A stretch of 64,000 bases of DNA from Cyanophora paradoxa CCMP329 (GCA_004431415.1 QPMI01000600.1:62001-126000); one strand, 5' to 3'. Counted from the first letter of the stretch, positions 38,807-50,599 are shown. Notes: generated by a model from the letters alone, not told the origin. Numbers and translations are program-made.

Positions 38807-40590
38807 ATGCACACCTCGGCGTTCCTAGCTCCGGCTCCTCTGGCAGGTGCGTGGCGAAGACGCCCGTCGTCGGGTCGTGGGGCCGCGGGCTGGGTCTGAC
38901 TCCGCGCAGCGGATTCGCTGTCATCGTCTGCCAGCAACTTCGGCGGCAGCAGGATCGTCGCTCAGCACCAGTCCCGGCCAGTCAGCACCCGACCGAGGCC
39001 CGCGCGCACTTTCGTGCCGGAGATTGTCAACGCTAGGAACACTGGCACGAATGTCGCGCGCGAGAAGAGAGTCAAGCCGCAAGTGATCCGTCAAATCACA
39101 TTCGTGCGTCAAGGCAACGCCGTCGCGCTCGCCCCCGGAAGCGCGCCGGGCGTGCACGTGCTAGATGCGCTAGCGAACCGCCGGGGCGGCTGGTCCGACT
39201 GCGCGCCGCAGGATTTCCCCGAGGGATCGCGCGGCAAGGTTTACGTGTGCCAGCACTCCATCTGCCACAAGCGTGCGCGCCGCCAGCGCCGCCGGCCGCG
39301 CCGCGCCGCGCCGGGGCGAGCTGGAGGCGGCGGGCGTGCGCGCAGAGAACAGCGAGGCGGCGCTGGCGTGGTTCAAGGACCTGGTGCCCGAGGACATCGT
39401 CATCGAGCGCGGGCCCTGCCTCGGTCCGCCCCGGGCCCCTTCCCTCCCCGCCGGGTCGTCTGCCGCGGTTCAAACCCGCCGCGCGCTCTCGCAGGCCACT
39501 GCGCTGCTGGCCCCAACACGGGCTTCCTCGCCCCCAACAAGGACATCGTGCGTCGCACCCCCGCCAGGCTCCATCCCCCCTCACGCCACCCTCGCCAGGT
39601 CCTCGTCACCGGCGCGGATTCGTCCTTGAAAATGCGCGAGGCGCGCCTTCTCACCCCCCCTCCCCCCCCCCGCCCCCGATCTATCCTTCTTAATACGGAC
39701 CGGGTACAGGCGCTGAACCGCGAGTTCGGCGTGACGGTCTCGGACGCCCTCGTCGACATCATCCGCCTGAAGCAGTCGGTGCGCGTTGTACCCCCCGCAT
39801 CGTTTCTCTACCCCATACCCGTGCTGAGCGTATCCCCGCAGGGCAACCGGCTCTTCTCGGCCAACCGCAACAAGCGCGCCCTCGAGGCCTTCAACGAGGT
39901 ACCCCCTGCCTTTTCCACCCGCGTACCCCCATATCGACCTCGCTCCCGGCCGCAGGCGCTGAAGATCGCGGAGGACAACATGAACGAAGTGAACGTGCCG
40001 AGGATGCGGGCCCAGCTCGTGCGCATGCTCTCTCCCCTACCCCCCGCAGCGATCCCGCGCGCCGTTGACCGCTCCCGCAGCTCTCCAACCGCTCTGCCGT
40101 GCATCTCGCGATGGAGGACATCCCTAAGGCCGAGGTGGGACCCCGGCCCCCGTACCCCTGCGCCCCGTACCCTCGGGCCTCTCATCCCCCCCCCCCCTCC
40201 CAAGGCCGATGCCGACGCCGTTGTGGAGGCGTCCCCCGCCTGGTGGAAGGGTACGCGCTCGCGGCCCCGGGGGGTACGGGCCCGGGCCCACGCGGGGGCG
40301 CCAGGGTACGCGCGGAAGGCGGAGGCGCTGGTGGCGGCGGGCAAGGTCGCCGAGGCGAAGGTTCGCCCGCCGCTGTACCCCCCTTTGTTCGCCTTTCCGA
40401 ACGGGGGCCGCGCGCAGGATTGGTACATGAAGGCGGCGGAGAAGTCCAATGGGGACGCCGAGGTGCGGGTACCCCGGCCCGGCGGGGCAGCGCCGGGGCT
40501 CGGCTCGGCCCGGCCGGCGGGATCTGACGGAGGGTCCGCCCACAGGTGCTGGACCTCATCAAGGAGACCCTCGCGGACCTCGAGGCGTGA
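38807..40590 (+). CDS. Thioredoxin-like [2Fe-2S] ferredoxin + TPR protein with putative plastid transit peptide
   Basis: MHTSAFLAPAPLA..SLSSSASNFGGSRIV transit-like N-terminus; VYVCQHSICHK..GPCLG-HCAAGPN (Cx4C..Cx3C); QGNRLF..ALEAFNEAL, LSNRSAVHL, KGYARKAEAL TPR units. Confidence 0.8.
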
Positions 40591-41492
40591 GCCGGCCGCG
40601 AGCCAGGCCGGGCCGCAGCTGAAAGAGCCTTGGAGAGTCGCGCGGCCGCGGGTGCCGTGTCTGGCGGCTGCCTCGGCCAGACTAGGTGCGGCTGTAAGTG
40701 AGATTTGGGCTTGGACAACGCCGCGTCAACGCGAGGGAGCCCTGGCCTGGCCAAGAATTAGGCACCGGGCTAATAGGCCTGCGCATGCGTCTTCCTGAGC
40801 CTATAACCTACGGGGCGACGTCAGCGGCGGTCAGCCGCTGAGCCTTGCCTGCGCAGCTCGGCGCCGGGGGCCCGGGCCGGGCTCCCGGGTCCGGGATCCG
40901 CATGCGCACGTTCGAATTCCACCGTTCCGCACGGCGCACACCGTAGCTATACCGGGTACCTGGTAGGCAGTCCGCACTACGGTACCGGTACTAGTAGCTG
41001 GCATGCCATCATTGCCATGATAATCAGCTGCAGCCGGCAGTGCCCTGCACTGGCGCATCATCGGCCCGCGCATGGCCCACCGCGCGCGCGGGCCTGCAGG
41101 CTGCAGCTGGATTCGAATCGTTACCGGTAATAAAAATTTGATTTGCTAATTGGGGTGCAAGCTCGTTTTCATATGCGTTCGATTTTTCAACTGCCGCAGT
41201 TGCTTTTTCGCGAAGATGCAACTCGTTGTACCCATCGCCGCGCATCATGGCTTCCGCGATGCCGCGGTTGCACTTCATCGCGCCCTGCTAGCTATAGACG
41301 CAAAGCAGCCGCGCGGCCCATCATCCGACGAGCTCGAGCGCACTCGCCGCTATAGCTAGCGCAGCGCTAGCGCTAGCAGTCTGGTCGACGTCGGGGCGCC
41401 AGCACGCGCGGCGCGGCGCGGGTGCCGCGCCGGCCCGCCAATGGATCATGCCAGTGGAGCCGCCTAGGCGCGGATAGCGGCCGGTCGCTGCC

Positions 41493-43347
41493 GATGGACC
41501 AGGGGCACTCGCCGCGGCCGCCCCTCGAGCCCGCGGGCCCTGGGCGGCCCGCGGGCGCGGGCGGCGACCGGCCGCGCGGCCGCCGCGCACGCCGCGTCAC
41601 GGTCCACTCGGACTCTGATCTCGGTCGATCCGAAGTCGCCCCCGCGGCCCCCGAGTCGACTCCCGAGTCGCCGGCGCCGCCCGACCGATCCGCCGCGGGG
41701 GCCGGGATGCCCAGTAGCAAGCGGGCGCCGTCGCGCGGCCGTACGGTCAGCGAGCCCTCCGCCGGCCGCCTCCAGTTCCCCGGCGTTCCGTTCAACGAGG
41801 TGAGCGGCTCCGCCGACCACCGTGGCCATGGCCACCGCGCGCGCGCCGGAGCTCGAGCTGACCCTGGGCCCGCGGCGCGCGCTGCGGCGCGGCAGCTGTT
41901 CGAGGGGCGCATCGTGATCCACGTGATCGCCGCGCGGGAGGCCGCGAGCGAGCACGCCGTCCGCTGTGCGCCCGCCCCGCCCCGCGCGCCCCGCCCCGCC
42001 GCCACCGCCCTTGCCCCGCCGGCCCAGCTCACGCCGCCCCGCGCGCAGTCGCCGATCGGAGCCCGTTCGTCGTGGTGAGCTTAAGCTTGGGGCCCGCCGG
42101 GCCCGCCCGCCGCGCGGGGCCTATCGCGCCGGGCCCTCACGCCCCTTCCCCAGGTCACAGAGCCCGGGGGCGCCACGCACAAGACGCTGCCGGCCCGGGG
42201 CCAGGGCAGCTCGCCCGCCTGGTGCGCGGGCCCCAGGGCCCGCGGCCGGCTGCCGAGCTCACAGGGGGCCCGGGCGGGCGGGCGGCCGCGGGACAGGTAC
42301 GAGAAGGTGGAGTTTGAGCTGGAGAAGGGCGTGCAGACGGCCTTCCGGGCCTCCCTCTTCTGCGACCCGCCCCCCGGCCCCGACGCCCCCGCCCGCGGCG
42401 CCGACTTTCAGGGTACCCCCGTCCTGGTCGGGAAGCTGGGTGCGCCCCCCCCCTCCCCCCCCTCCCCCCCCCTTCTTCACCCCCCGGAAGCGATCTGGCA
42501 CCCGTACCCCGCTGACCCACGCACACGCGCAGTGGTGAACTACAGCGCGATGGTCGCCGAGGGGCGCAAGGTGGACGCCTGGTCCGCCTCCCGGCCCCTC
42601 CTGTTTATAGTGGCGATTCCGACCTCGGGAGCCGGGTTCGAATCCCGCGCGCAGGCTGCCAATCCGGGACCGGAGGAACCGCGAGTGCGGCATGCTCCAT
42701 CTGAGCGTCAGCTTCGCGGACCTGGTGCGCCCTGTACCCCCCGCGCACCGCTTCCCGTCTGATCCCGCGCCGGGCAGTCGAAGGGGGGTACCCTGCTCCC
42801 GGAGCCCCCGCCAGGCCTCGGTCTTCCGCCCTCCAAGTCCGTGAGGCGGTACCCCGGCGGCCTCGCGGCCGCGCCGCCTCTCCCCCGCTCCAATTCATTT
42901 CCCCTCTTCAATAGCTTCGAATTCGAAGAGTACCCCGCGAGGGATACCGCCTTCCCTTCCTCCCGCGCTGTACCCCCCTTGGAGCCCACGGCCCCCGCCT
43001 CGAGTTCCGGCACCGGGATCGCGTCTCTCCTCTCCGTACCCCCCTTCGAGCCCGTACCCCCCGCCCTGAGCCCCAGGCCAGGCGTCCCGTCGCCCCGTTC
43101 CGTACCCAACGTCCAGCCCGCGCCCTCGACCCTGAGCCCCCGGCGACCCGTACCCCCGCTGGAGCCCGTACTCCCAGCCGAGGGTCTCCTCAGGCTGCCG
43201 GTGCTCCCGCCCGCGGTCCAGCGGCTGCGGGCGGAGGGCGGCGCCGAGGGTGGCGGCGGGGGCGGCTCGAGCCCCCGGCGCCGCTCCCCGCTCCCGGTCC
43301 GCCCCCCCGCCACTCCCTTGAACGCCGCCGCTTCTGGGGGGTTCTGA
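41493..43347 (+). CDS. Hypothetical protein, possible C2-like domain followed by a Pro-rich tail
   Basis: LFEGRIVIHVIAARE..HKTLPARGQGSSPAW-YEKVEFEL..VLVGKL pattern with short introns; exon structure uncertain. Confidence 0.35.
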
Positions 43348-46280
43348 CGGGAGCTGCGCAGCTGCAGCTGGATCGCGACGCGCCGTCCCCGCGCTCCTCT
43401 GCGGCGTTGGCGTCGCCCCCCGCCCGCGCGGTGGCCTAGAGTTGAGCCCCGGCGGAGCTATCTCGCAAGTCTGCGCATGCAGCTGAAGGATTCTTCTTTA
43501 TTTCCCCTTTTTCTATCGTTTCTCTTCGCATGCAGACCGCCTGTATCTTAGTCTTCAGTTTCGCATTCAGAATCGCACGTTCGGGAAGAAGTCGCCCACG
43601 TGCCAGCTGCAGCATACGTGCTACTGTGTTATGTTACGTCGTGTAGGTATCCTGGGACTCTAAGCTATTGATTATGAATTGTTTCGGTCCGGCGCTGTAT
43701 AAGTATACGTAGCCCCTGCTTCAGTCGGCCGCGGCCGATCGCGATATCTGATGATCCTGTCTGATCGCGATTATTATTTATATAATATTAACAGTTAACG
43801 TTTAAGTGAGTGGCATATCAGTGAGGTGGTACTTGCAATTGATATCGCATGGCCATGCATATGATATTGAAAACACCATGCATATGCAAATGGTATTGAA
43901 AACAACGCATGCGCATGGCAATTGAAACGAGTATAAATTTCGCGCCGCATGCGCAGGTGTTCACGTACGCGTTCAGTGCCGTTCACGCATTTTCGCGGCC
44001 TCACCAGCGGAGGAGGGCCTCCAGCAGGGCCGCCTCTTCCACAGTCTCGTCCGCCTCCTCGTTCCCCGGAGCCGCCAGTGGCCCGCCAGGCCGATCGGCG
44101 GGGGGGGCGGGCCCCGGCCCGGCGGGCGCCGCGGCCGCTCGAAGTTCGGCTGCCGCTGCGGCAGGCTGCGAGTCCGGTCGCGAAGCCCGCTGCAGCTGCG
44201 CGGCTGAGGCCGGCGGGGCCCACGATATCGATATCGAGCCGCGCGCCGCAGCGGCGGCGGCGGCGGCGGGTGGCGCCTAGATCCGTCGCCTCGACCCGGA
44301 TCTCGGGGGCCTCCGCCCCGCCGGGGCCCGCCTCGAGCCCGGGCTCGGGCGCGGGGCGCGCCAGGAAGTCGCGGAGCGACATGCGCCCCTTCGCCTTGCG
44401 CCCGGCCTTCGCCGTCGCCCCGCGCGCCGCGGCGGCGCGCCGGCGGCTGCGGCTCGGGCTCCGAGGGGCGCGCCTGGACGTCGACGGGCGCGAGCTCGCC
44501 GAAGGCCACGGCCGTGCAGGGGAGGGAGGCGGGCAGGAGGGCCGCCGCGGCACTTGCACGCGCCGCGTCGGCGGAGACGAAGACCGCCGCGCCAGCACCC
44601 GCGGAGGGCAGGCCGCCGCGGCGGGGATGACGGCCTCTAGCGCCTGGCGCGAAATTAAACCCTTCGAATTCGAATTCGGAATACAAAAGTTCGCTGCAGC
44701 TGCGAGATCCGATCGCGTTCTGATAGATTATATAATTCATATTAGGGCACTGCCTTCTGCCTTCTTTGGGGCACCTCGCTGCATTTGTAATCGAAGCGCG
44801 GAGGGCGCGCAAAACCGCCTCCACCGTCAGACCGCTGACGAGCACCGCCCGATCCGCCCTGCACGCCATCGCCGAGAGTCGCCTCCTGCGGCTGCCCCGG
44901 CGAGTCGGAGGCCGCCGGCGCCAGCCCGCGGCCGCGGCTGGGCCAGGCTTTGAATCCGCTCTCGAGCTTGCACCTCCCAGTCGGCCCTTGATGCGGGCCT
45001 CGCACTCGCGGTGGAGCTCGGCGTCGACGTCCCCCGCCGCGATCGCCCGCCTCCCGCCCCCCCCCCTCCCCCCCCCCCCCCCGGCCCCCCTCCACCCTCC
45101 CTCCCCTCCCCTCCGCGCCGCCTACCCAGCCTCTCCCCGATCCTCTGCCATGTTCACGCGAAAAGTAAATGCACTCGAGATTAAATTCATGATCAGCTGC
45201 AGAATAACTGCAAACAAGTGCAGTAATTTGACTCGGTGAATGTATCTTGGAATTAAACGATGGATATAGAGGTGAAGCTTGCATTCGCGGCTTTTTTTTT
45301 TTTGCCAAAGCCCATATCAAGGGCAGGACGATTGTATTAGTTCAGTAACTTTATCGTACGCACTACCGGTTCGGAATGGGCCGAACTCTGGGTCAGAGCA
45401 TAACCTGAGGCCGGGACACAGGGATAGGCGCTTCGACGCTACGGCTGAGCGTTTCTCTTGTAGGGGGGAGCGTGGTAGGGGACCGTTGTTGAGAGATGTA
45501 GATGCGGAAGCCGTAGCCCCTAGGGGGCCTTTGTTGAGAGTGTAGAGGCGGGAGTCGCGGCTCCAAGGGGGCCCTTCTGGGGAGGCGGGGGTAGGGAGGG
45601 GGGGGGAAGGGGTGGGGGCGGCGCGGGCGAGGGTAGCGGGCGCGCCCCCTTATTTTTATTGTGCGTGGGGCGCGGGGGGTGTTTATGAGCCCGAGGGGGC
45701 GGGCGGTGGCGGGCGGGGTGGCCGCCCTGGTGGGGTCGTGGGAAGGAGGGGCGTGGTGGAGGCGTAGGCCGCGGGGCTAGGCTATCGCTAGCGTTCGGGC
45801 CTGGGGATTTGCTTAGGAGGGTGGGGCGGGCCCGCAAGCGGGCAGGGCTGTGCGCGAGAGCGGGGTAGGGGGGTGTCATTGCTTTATAGAGCTATCGAAT
45901 TCAGAAAAGGAGGGCGGTGGGCATCCATATCGCCCCCTCCGCCGGCAGTCTTGCTACCGTAAAGCGTGAAAAGAGAAAAGAAAGGAGAGAGAACGGAGGC
46001 CGAAACGGCGAGGAAATCGGGGCCACTAAGAAACGGAGGCCGAAACGGCGAGAAAATCTACGCTGCCGCGTTGTCGGCGGCGGCCGCCCGGCGGCCTGCC
46101 AGGAAGGCCTCGACCGCGGCGGGGCCCCCGAGGGCCGAGGTGAGCTCGGCGAGCACGCGCTGGGCCGCCTGGGAGTTGGTGAGCGAGATGGTGGCCGGCC
46201 CGGGGCCGGGGGCGGGGCCGGGCCCGGGGCGGGCGCGGGGGCGGCGGCCGCGGCCGGCGCCGGGGCGGCGGCGGCGGCGA

Positions 46281-46320
<40 letters not shown>

Positions 46321-48278
46321 GGCGTCTGCGGCGGCGGGGGCGGCGGCGGCGGCGGCGGCGGCGGCGGCAGGGGCGGCAGCGCCGCCCTTGCGCTTCTTGA
46401 GGGCGTCGGGGCCGAAGCGCTCAATCGCGCGCTTGCGGGACTGGGCGGCGTTGTCCGCCGCGATCTGGGTGGCCTCCTCGCGGGCAGATACAGCATCTAT
46501 ATATATGCATATATATGATCATGAGCTCACTTGCAAGGGCCTAGCTATGCGCTTGCGCGCATATGCATGTACATGTAGTATATATATAGGGACCCGTCGA
46601 CGTCCTGGTTGCCTTGTTTAGAAATTTGCATAATGGCTGCTTCAGGCCTGTGCACTGGCATGCAAGTTCGAGCTCGAGAGCGCGAGGAGGGCGCCCAGCT
46701 CCCTCATGCAGTTAAAAGCTTTCGAATTGCTCCACTAGGGGGCCAAGGGCGTCCCAGAGCAGACGGGGGCCGACTTATTCGTGTGTAGGTCGATATCGCA
46801 GGCGCCCCTCAAGCTCGCCGACCGTATAGGAGGCTTGCATCGGGGGGGGTGTCAAGGGGACCAGTCGCCTCGTGGGAGAGGGACCGGCGGGCATGAGGGG
46901 CGGGCGGCGCGGGGCCTGGCAGCGACCGCCGGGGACGCATTGTCCGCCGCTGGGAAGACTTCGACGGAGCCCGGGGATTCCGGGTCCGATAGTGGGCGAG
47001 CGCCATCAGGCTCGGACCCCACGAGGGCGGGTCCCGGCGAGGCCGGGCCCTGAGGCAGGCGAGCGCCGTCTGGCTCAGACCCCGCAGTGGTAGCTGGGCG
47101 AGCATTTGAGTGCTCATGCGCCCGGGTATGCGTAGGGGTCGTCGGCTTGCATGCCGGCCGTCGGCTTGCATGCCGGCGCCGGCGGCGCCAGCAGAGGTGG
47201 CGTCACAGCGAGGGCGGGGGGGGTGCGGGGCTCGGAGCTCTGTCCACCGCCGCGTCTTGGGGCGCTTGTTCCGCGTCCCACCAGAGGCCTGCGAGCGTCG
47301 CGCACGCGTCACGGCGAGCCAAGTGAGCGGGGGGGATGCGGCCCCGTGGTTCTTGAGTGTCGTGCTGGCGCGGGCGGCCCCGCGCACGGGCCGCCGGCGC
47401 CTGCGTGCTCTGTGGCAGTGCGGGGCCAGCGTCAAAGTTCATAGAGGAGGGGCGCGGGCGAAGGGCGTGAGCGACGGGCGCGGGGAGGGTCCCGCATGGT
47501 CGGCGGCAGCGGAGCCGGGTGCGTTGGCGGAGCCGCGCGTCCGACTGCGCGGAGTCGAGTCGAGTCGTGCGTCGTGCGCTGTGGACGTGAGCTCAGGCGA
47601 GCCGCGCATGCGCGGGTGGCATGCGTTGGCGGAAGGATTTGCATTAGCACACAACAACAACTTCTAGGAGTTTCACATCGCCCAATTTATCTCTCCGACT
47701 AGATAACACTGAGGACCGTCGAGTGCTGTGCTCTGTCTAAGTGATGAGAAATTCTATCTACGTCCTATATCTACAAATGGGGCGAGAGGCCGAAAGATAC
47801 ACCTGCAGAAAAAGCCCAGGCCCTACGCAGACCGATGAAGGCAAAGGGAAGGCGGGAATGCGTTGGCGGGAAGGCGGGCGGAGCGAGGACGGGAGCTTAA
47901 ACGAGCGTATGGTGGCTCTAGATGTTGTGTGGCGTCTCTCGGGCGCGCTCGGAGCGGCAGGAGAGGGCGGCGGGGACCGGCCCGTTTAAACACGTTACCG
48001 CGGGAGCTGGCGCGAGTCGCGGCGCCAGCAGGGGCGCAGCTGCTCTTCTAGATGTCTGTGGTGTCGCTGCGGCTGTCGTTGCCCGCCCGGCTGACCTACT
48101 TTGCGCGTTCGGGCCGTGATGGTCGTAGGGCGTCGGCGCCGCGAGTTTTGGGACCGGCAACGTGCAGTGCTAACAGGCACCCGCGTTGGGGAAGCCCCAC
48201 TGCGCCGGCTTACTCGCTCGCGGGCCTTCGCGCAATTTTCCGGGGTACCGGAATCTCTTGCATTCGCGGCTATATATA

Positions 48279-49165
48279 TCATTTCTGAAGAGTACTAGTG
48301 GCACTGTCCATATGCATCTCGAGCTCCATCTGAACATTGCAAAGCCAGTGCTCCGCTCTCGGTAACTCTTCCCCAGATCGGAATAAGGACTGCAGATCGC
48401 GATCGGCGGCCGCGGCCACGTCGGCACTGCGCATACCTTGGCCAACAGCAGAAACCCGCACGCGCCGCACAGCTTTTTGCGGCAAAAGTTCACGCCCCTC
48501 CGGATCCGGATCCTCTGCCTGAAGTCTCGGTCGCTCCGGAGGGGCTGCAGCTGTCACAAGGAAACTAGAGATGCTAGGTTCCTCTCGAGCTGCAGATGTA
48601 GACCGCGTGCTCCCCTTAAGCTTGCAACTGTCTGTGCCATGTGTGCGTCTGATCCCTCTGTTCTCTGCGGCTGGTGGTTCCGGTAATGTTCGTCCGTGCG
48701 TAACCTTGAGTGGGGGAAGCGGAAGTCTTCTAGATACATGCGGTGCAGCTGCAGGTGACATTGCAGATTCGAATTCTGGTACCTGCGCCTGTGATTGATC
48801 ACGAGAAGCGCAAGTGAGCTGAAAAAGAGTAGAGGGCTTCGCGCGCCTGAGTAGCTATAGGGCTCGTGGAGGGTGCGGAAAGTGGGCGGCCTGGGGACTC
48901 TCGCACGTTCAGCTGTAGACGCGGTTGTATTGCTTGGCCGATATCGATCGCGCTGCGATTGCCATTGATCGGGATGCGTACGGGTGCGCTACTTGTAACG
49001 CCGGCGCCTTCCTTGTGCCTGTAATAATTACCGCCTTGCAATTGGGACTGAACTGACTGAACCGACTGCTCGTGATTGTGCCCGTATGCTTGCTTGTCCT
49101 TTGAATTCAACTCGATGTTTGCCCTAGGCCTCGAGCTCGTGACTGGTGTCTGGATGCGGCATCGA
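48279..49165 (-). pseudogene. 3' two exons of an unidentified host gene, truncated by the viral insertion
   Basis: Open frame from about 49165 to 48847, a 58-nt GC-AG intron at 48846-48789, then an in-frame exon 48788-48279 (..SPIATQ|AQVPEFESAMSPAAAP..STLQK*). The upstream part runs directly into the viral hairpin. Confidence 0.6.
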
Positions 49166-49168
49166 CGA

Positions 49169-49243
49169 CACACATATGAATATTCATATTTTAATCCCTC
49201 GGCGTTCCGCCTCAGGATTAAAATATGAATATTCATATGTGTG
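49169..49243. repeat. Terminal hairpin: perfect 29-bp inverted repeat with a 17-nt loop
   Basis: CACACATATGAATATTCATATTTTAATCC (49169-49197) / GGATTAAAATATGAATATTCATATGTGTG (49215-49243). Each arm contains the 16-bp palindrome ATATGAATATTCATAT; the loop holds a GGCG-ttc-CGCC mini-stem. Confidence 0.95.
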
Positions 49244-49245
49244 AT

Positions 49246-49470
49246 TCGATGTTATATCAATAAAATCGATTAATTTATTTGAATTTTCACCTGAATTTTC
49301 ATATTTTTATATGCATTTTCAATTAATTTAATCGATGTTATATCGATAAACTCGATTAATCGATATTGTATCTTAATTGTAGTTAATCGGAATTATATCA
49401 ATAACTTCGATTGATCTTAATTGAATCCTAAATGAATCTAATCGGAATTATATCAATAAAAACGATTAAA
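49246..49470 (+). repeat. Four iterated ~29-bp subterminal motifs (TCG..TTATATCAATAA..CGATT)
   Basis: Copies at 49246-49274, 49332-49360, 49387-49415 and 49442-49470. Confidence 0.85.
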
Positions 49471-49524
49471 TCATGTTCTTTTCCGATTAAATCAATTAAA
49501 TATTTAACTTTGTTACCATAAGTG

Positions 49525-49960
49525 GTCTAAGTTGACTCACTTTTCATAAACATTTTGAACTCTTAGTCTCCTTGAATTTCTTAATATGACTCAACTTAGT
49601 CAACTTAGTCAACTTTGTTACTGTAATCAATCAGGGTGGACTCACTTTTAGATCAACTTTGAAATTTCAAGCAAAATCAACTTGGATTTCAAAAGTGGAT
49701 CTTCTAAGTGGACTCAAAATGTTCACTTTGTGATACTTGTTAGCTCAAATCCTTACTGTTTATGGTCAGGGTTGACTAAGTGGGGGGAGTTGACACATTT
49801 TTTGAAATCCTTTTTAGAAAACTTTAGGTCCCAAATATTTTCTGTGAAATTTGAGTCAACTCAACCCACTTAGTCAACCCTTGCATTGAATTCGTAACAA
49901 AATCCATATACTTTTACTACTTTTACGATTAATATGAGTCAACCTTGAGTCCACTTAAAT
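49525..49960. repeat. Array of GTTGACT/GTGGACTCA motifs in both orientations, including a ~33-bp imperfect inverted repeat
   Basis: GGGTTGACTAAGTGGG (49769-49784) / CCCACTTAGTCAACCC (49865-49880); further copies at about 49530, 49590-49615, 49637, 49708 and 49935-49956. Confidence 0.85.
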
Positions 49961-50085
49961 ATAAATATAATATAATAGGGGGAATGAAGGGGAATGTTGA
50001 ATTTTACTGTAATGAAATCGAACATTATTCCAATTACTTACAATAGAATTCTATCGTAAAAAATGTCCGGAATCCGGAAAATAAT

Positions 50086-50150
50086 CATTGTATAAAGCTA
50101 CTGTAGTGAAAGGATATATTATATCTTTTTGTTACAGTAGCTTATCAATG
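50086..50150 (-). terminator. AT-rich hairpin downstream of the AdoMetDC gene; possible transcript 3'-end signal
   Basis: aagctactgta (50095-50105) / tacagtagctt (50133-50143) with inner gatata/tatatc and outer cattg/caatg pairs, about 50 nt past the stop at 50201. Confidence 0.45.
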
Positions 50151-50200
50151 TTATTGTTAGAAAACAAAGGAATCCTTTAGAAATTCATTATAGAAACCCA

Positions 50201-50599
50201 TCAAAACGGGAATCTATCATGTTTATGTCTCTCAGTCTTCTCAAATGTGAGGAAATTCATTGTTTTATCGATCTCATCTGCTACTGATTGTGTTTTATGC
50301 TGAGCTTCTTTACCACAACTGAATATATCAATTGCTAACATGCCTTCATTGGAATAACAATGAGCTGTACAATGGCTTTCATCTAATAGCAGAACCAAAG
50401 CAAAACCAGGAGGTGATAGTTTGCCATCAAATATCTCACAATGCTTATGAACAATCCTAATACCTTGTCTCAATACTGCTTGTTCAAGGGTTCCCATAAT
50501 CCAATTACCTAGGAAGCTTACATGCTCATGTCCTGTTGCAATAGCTGATTTAGCCTTGTAATCAAGCATAACATGAAAGCCTCTGTATTTAGTCTCCAT
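50201..50599 (-). CDS. speD: S-adenosylmethionine decarboxylase proenzyme, small prokaryotic (class 1B / SpeH-type) pyruvoyl fold
   Basis: GFHVMLD..; LLLDE|SH self-cleavage site (E74/S75); AHCY (H80); AIDIFSCG (C95); 132 aa. Confidence 0.9.
   Translation of the reverse strand: METKYRGFHVMLDYKAKSAIATGHEHVSFLGNWIMGTLEQAVLRQGIRIVHKHCEIFDGKLSPPGFALVLLLDESHCTAHCYSNEGMLAIDIFSCGKEAQHKTQSVADEIDKTMNFLTFEKTERHKHDRFPF

Noticed and set aside
43795-46620. ORFs 43795-44598, 43973-44869 and the Ala-rich frame at 46030-46500
   Set aside because: Low complexity with no domain evidence; these may be degenerate gene or TE fragments but cannot be supported.
1-48200. Hundreds of long overlapping Arg/Pro/Gly/Ala-rich ORFs (for example 30777-33707, 31382-33478, 15314-16720, 5165-6640)
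   Set aside because: These are stop-poor shadows of very high GC content and antisense frames of real spliced genes.
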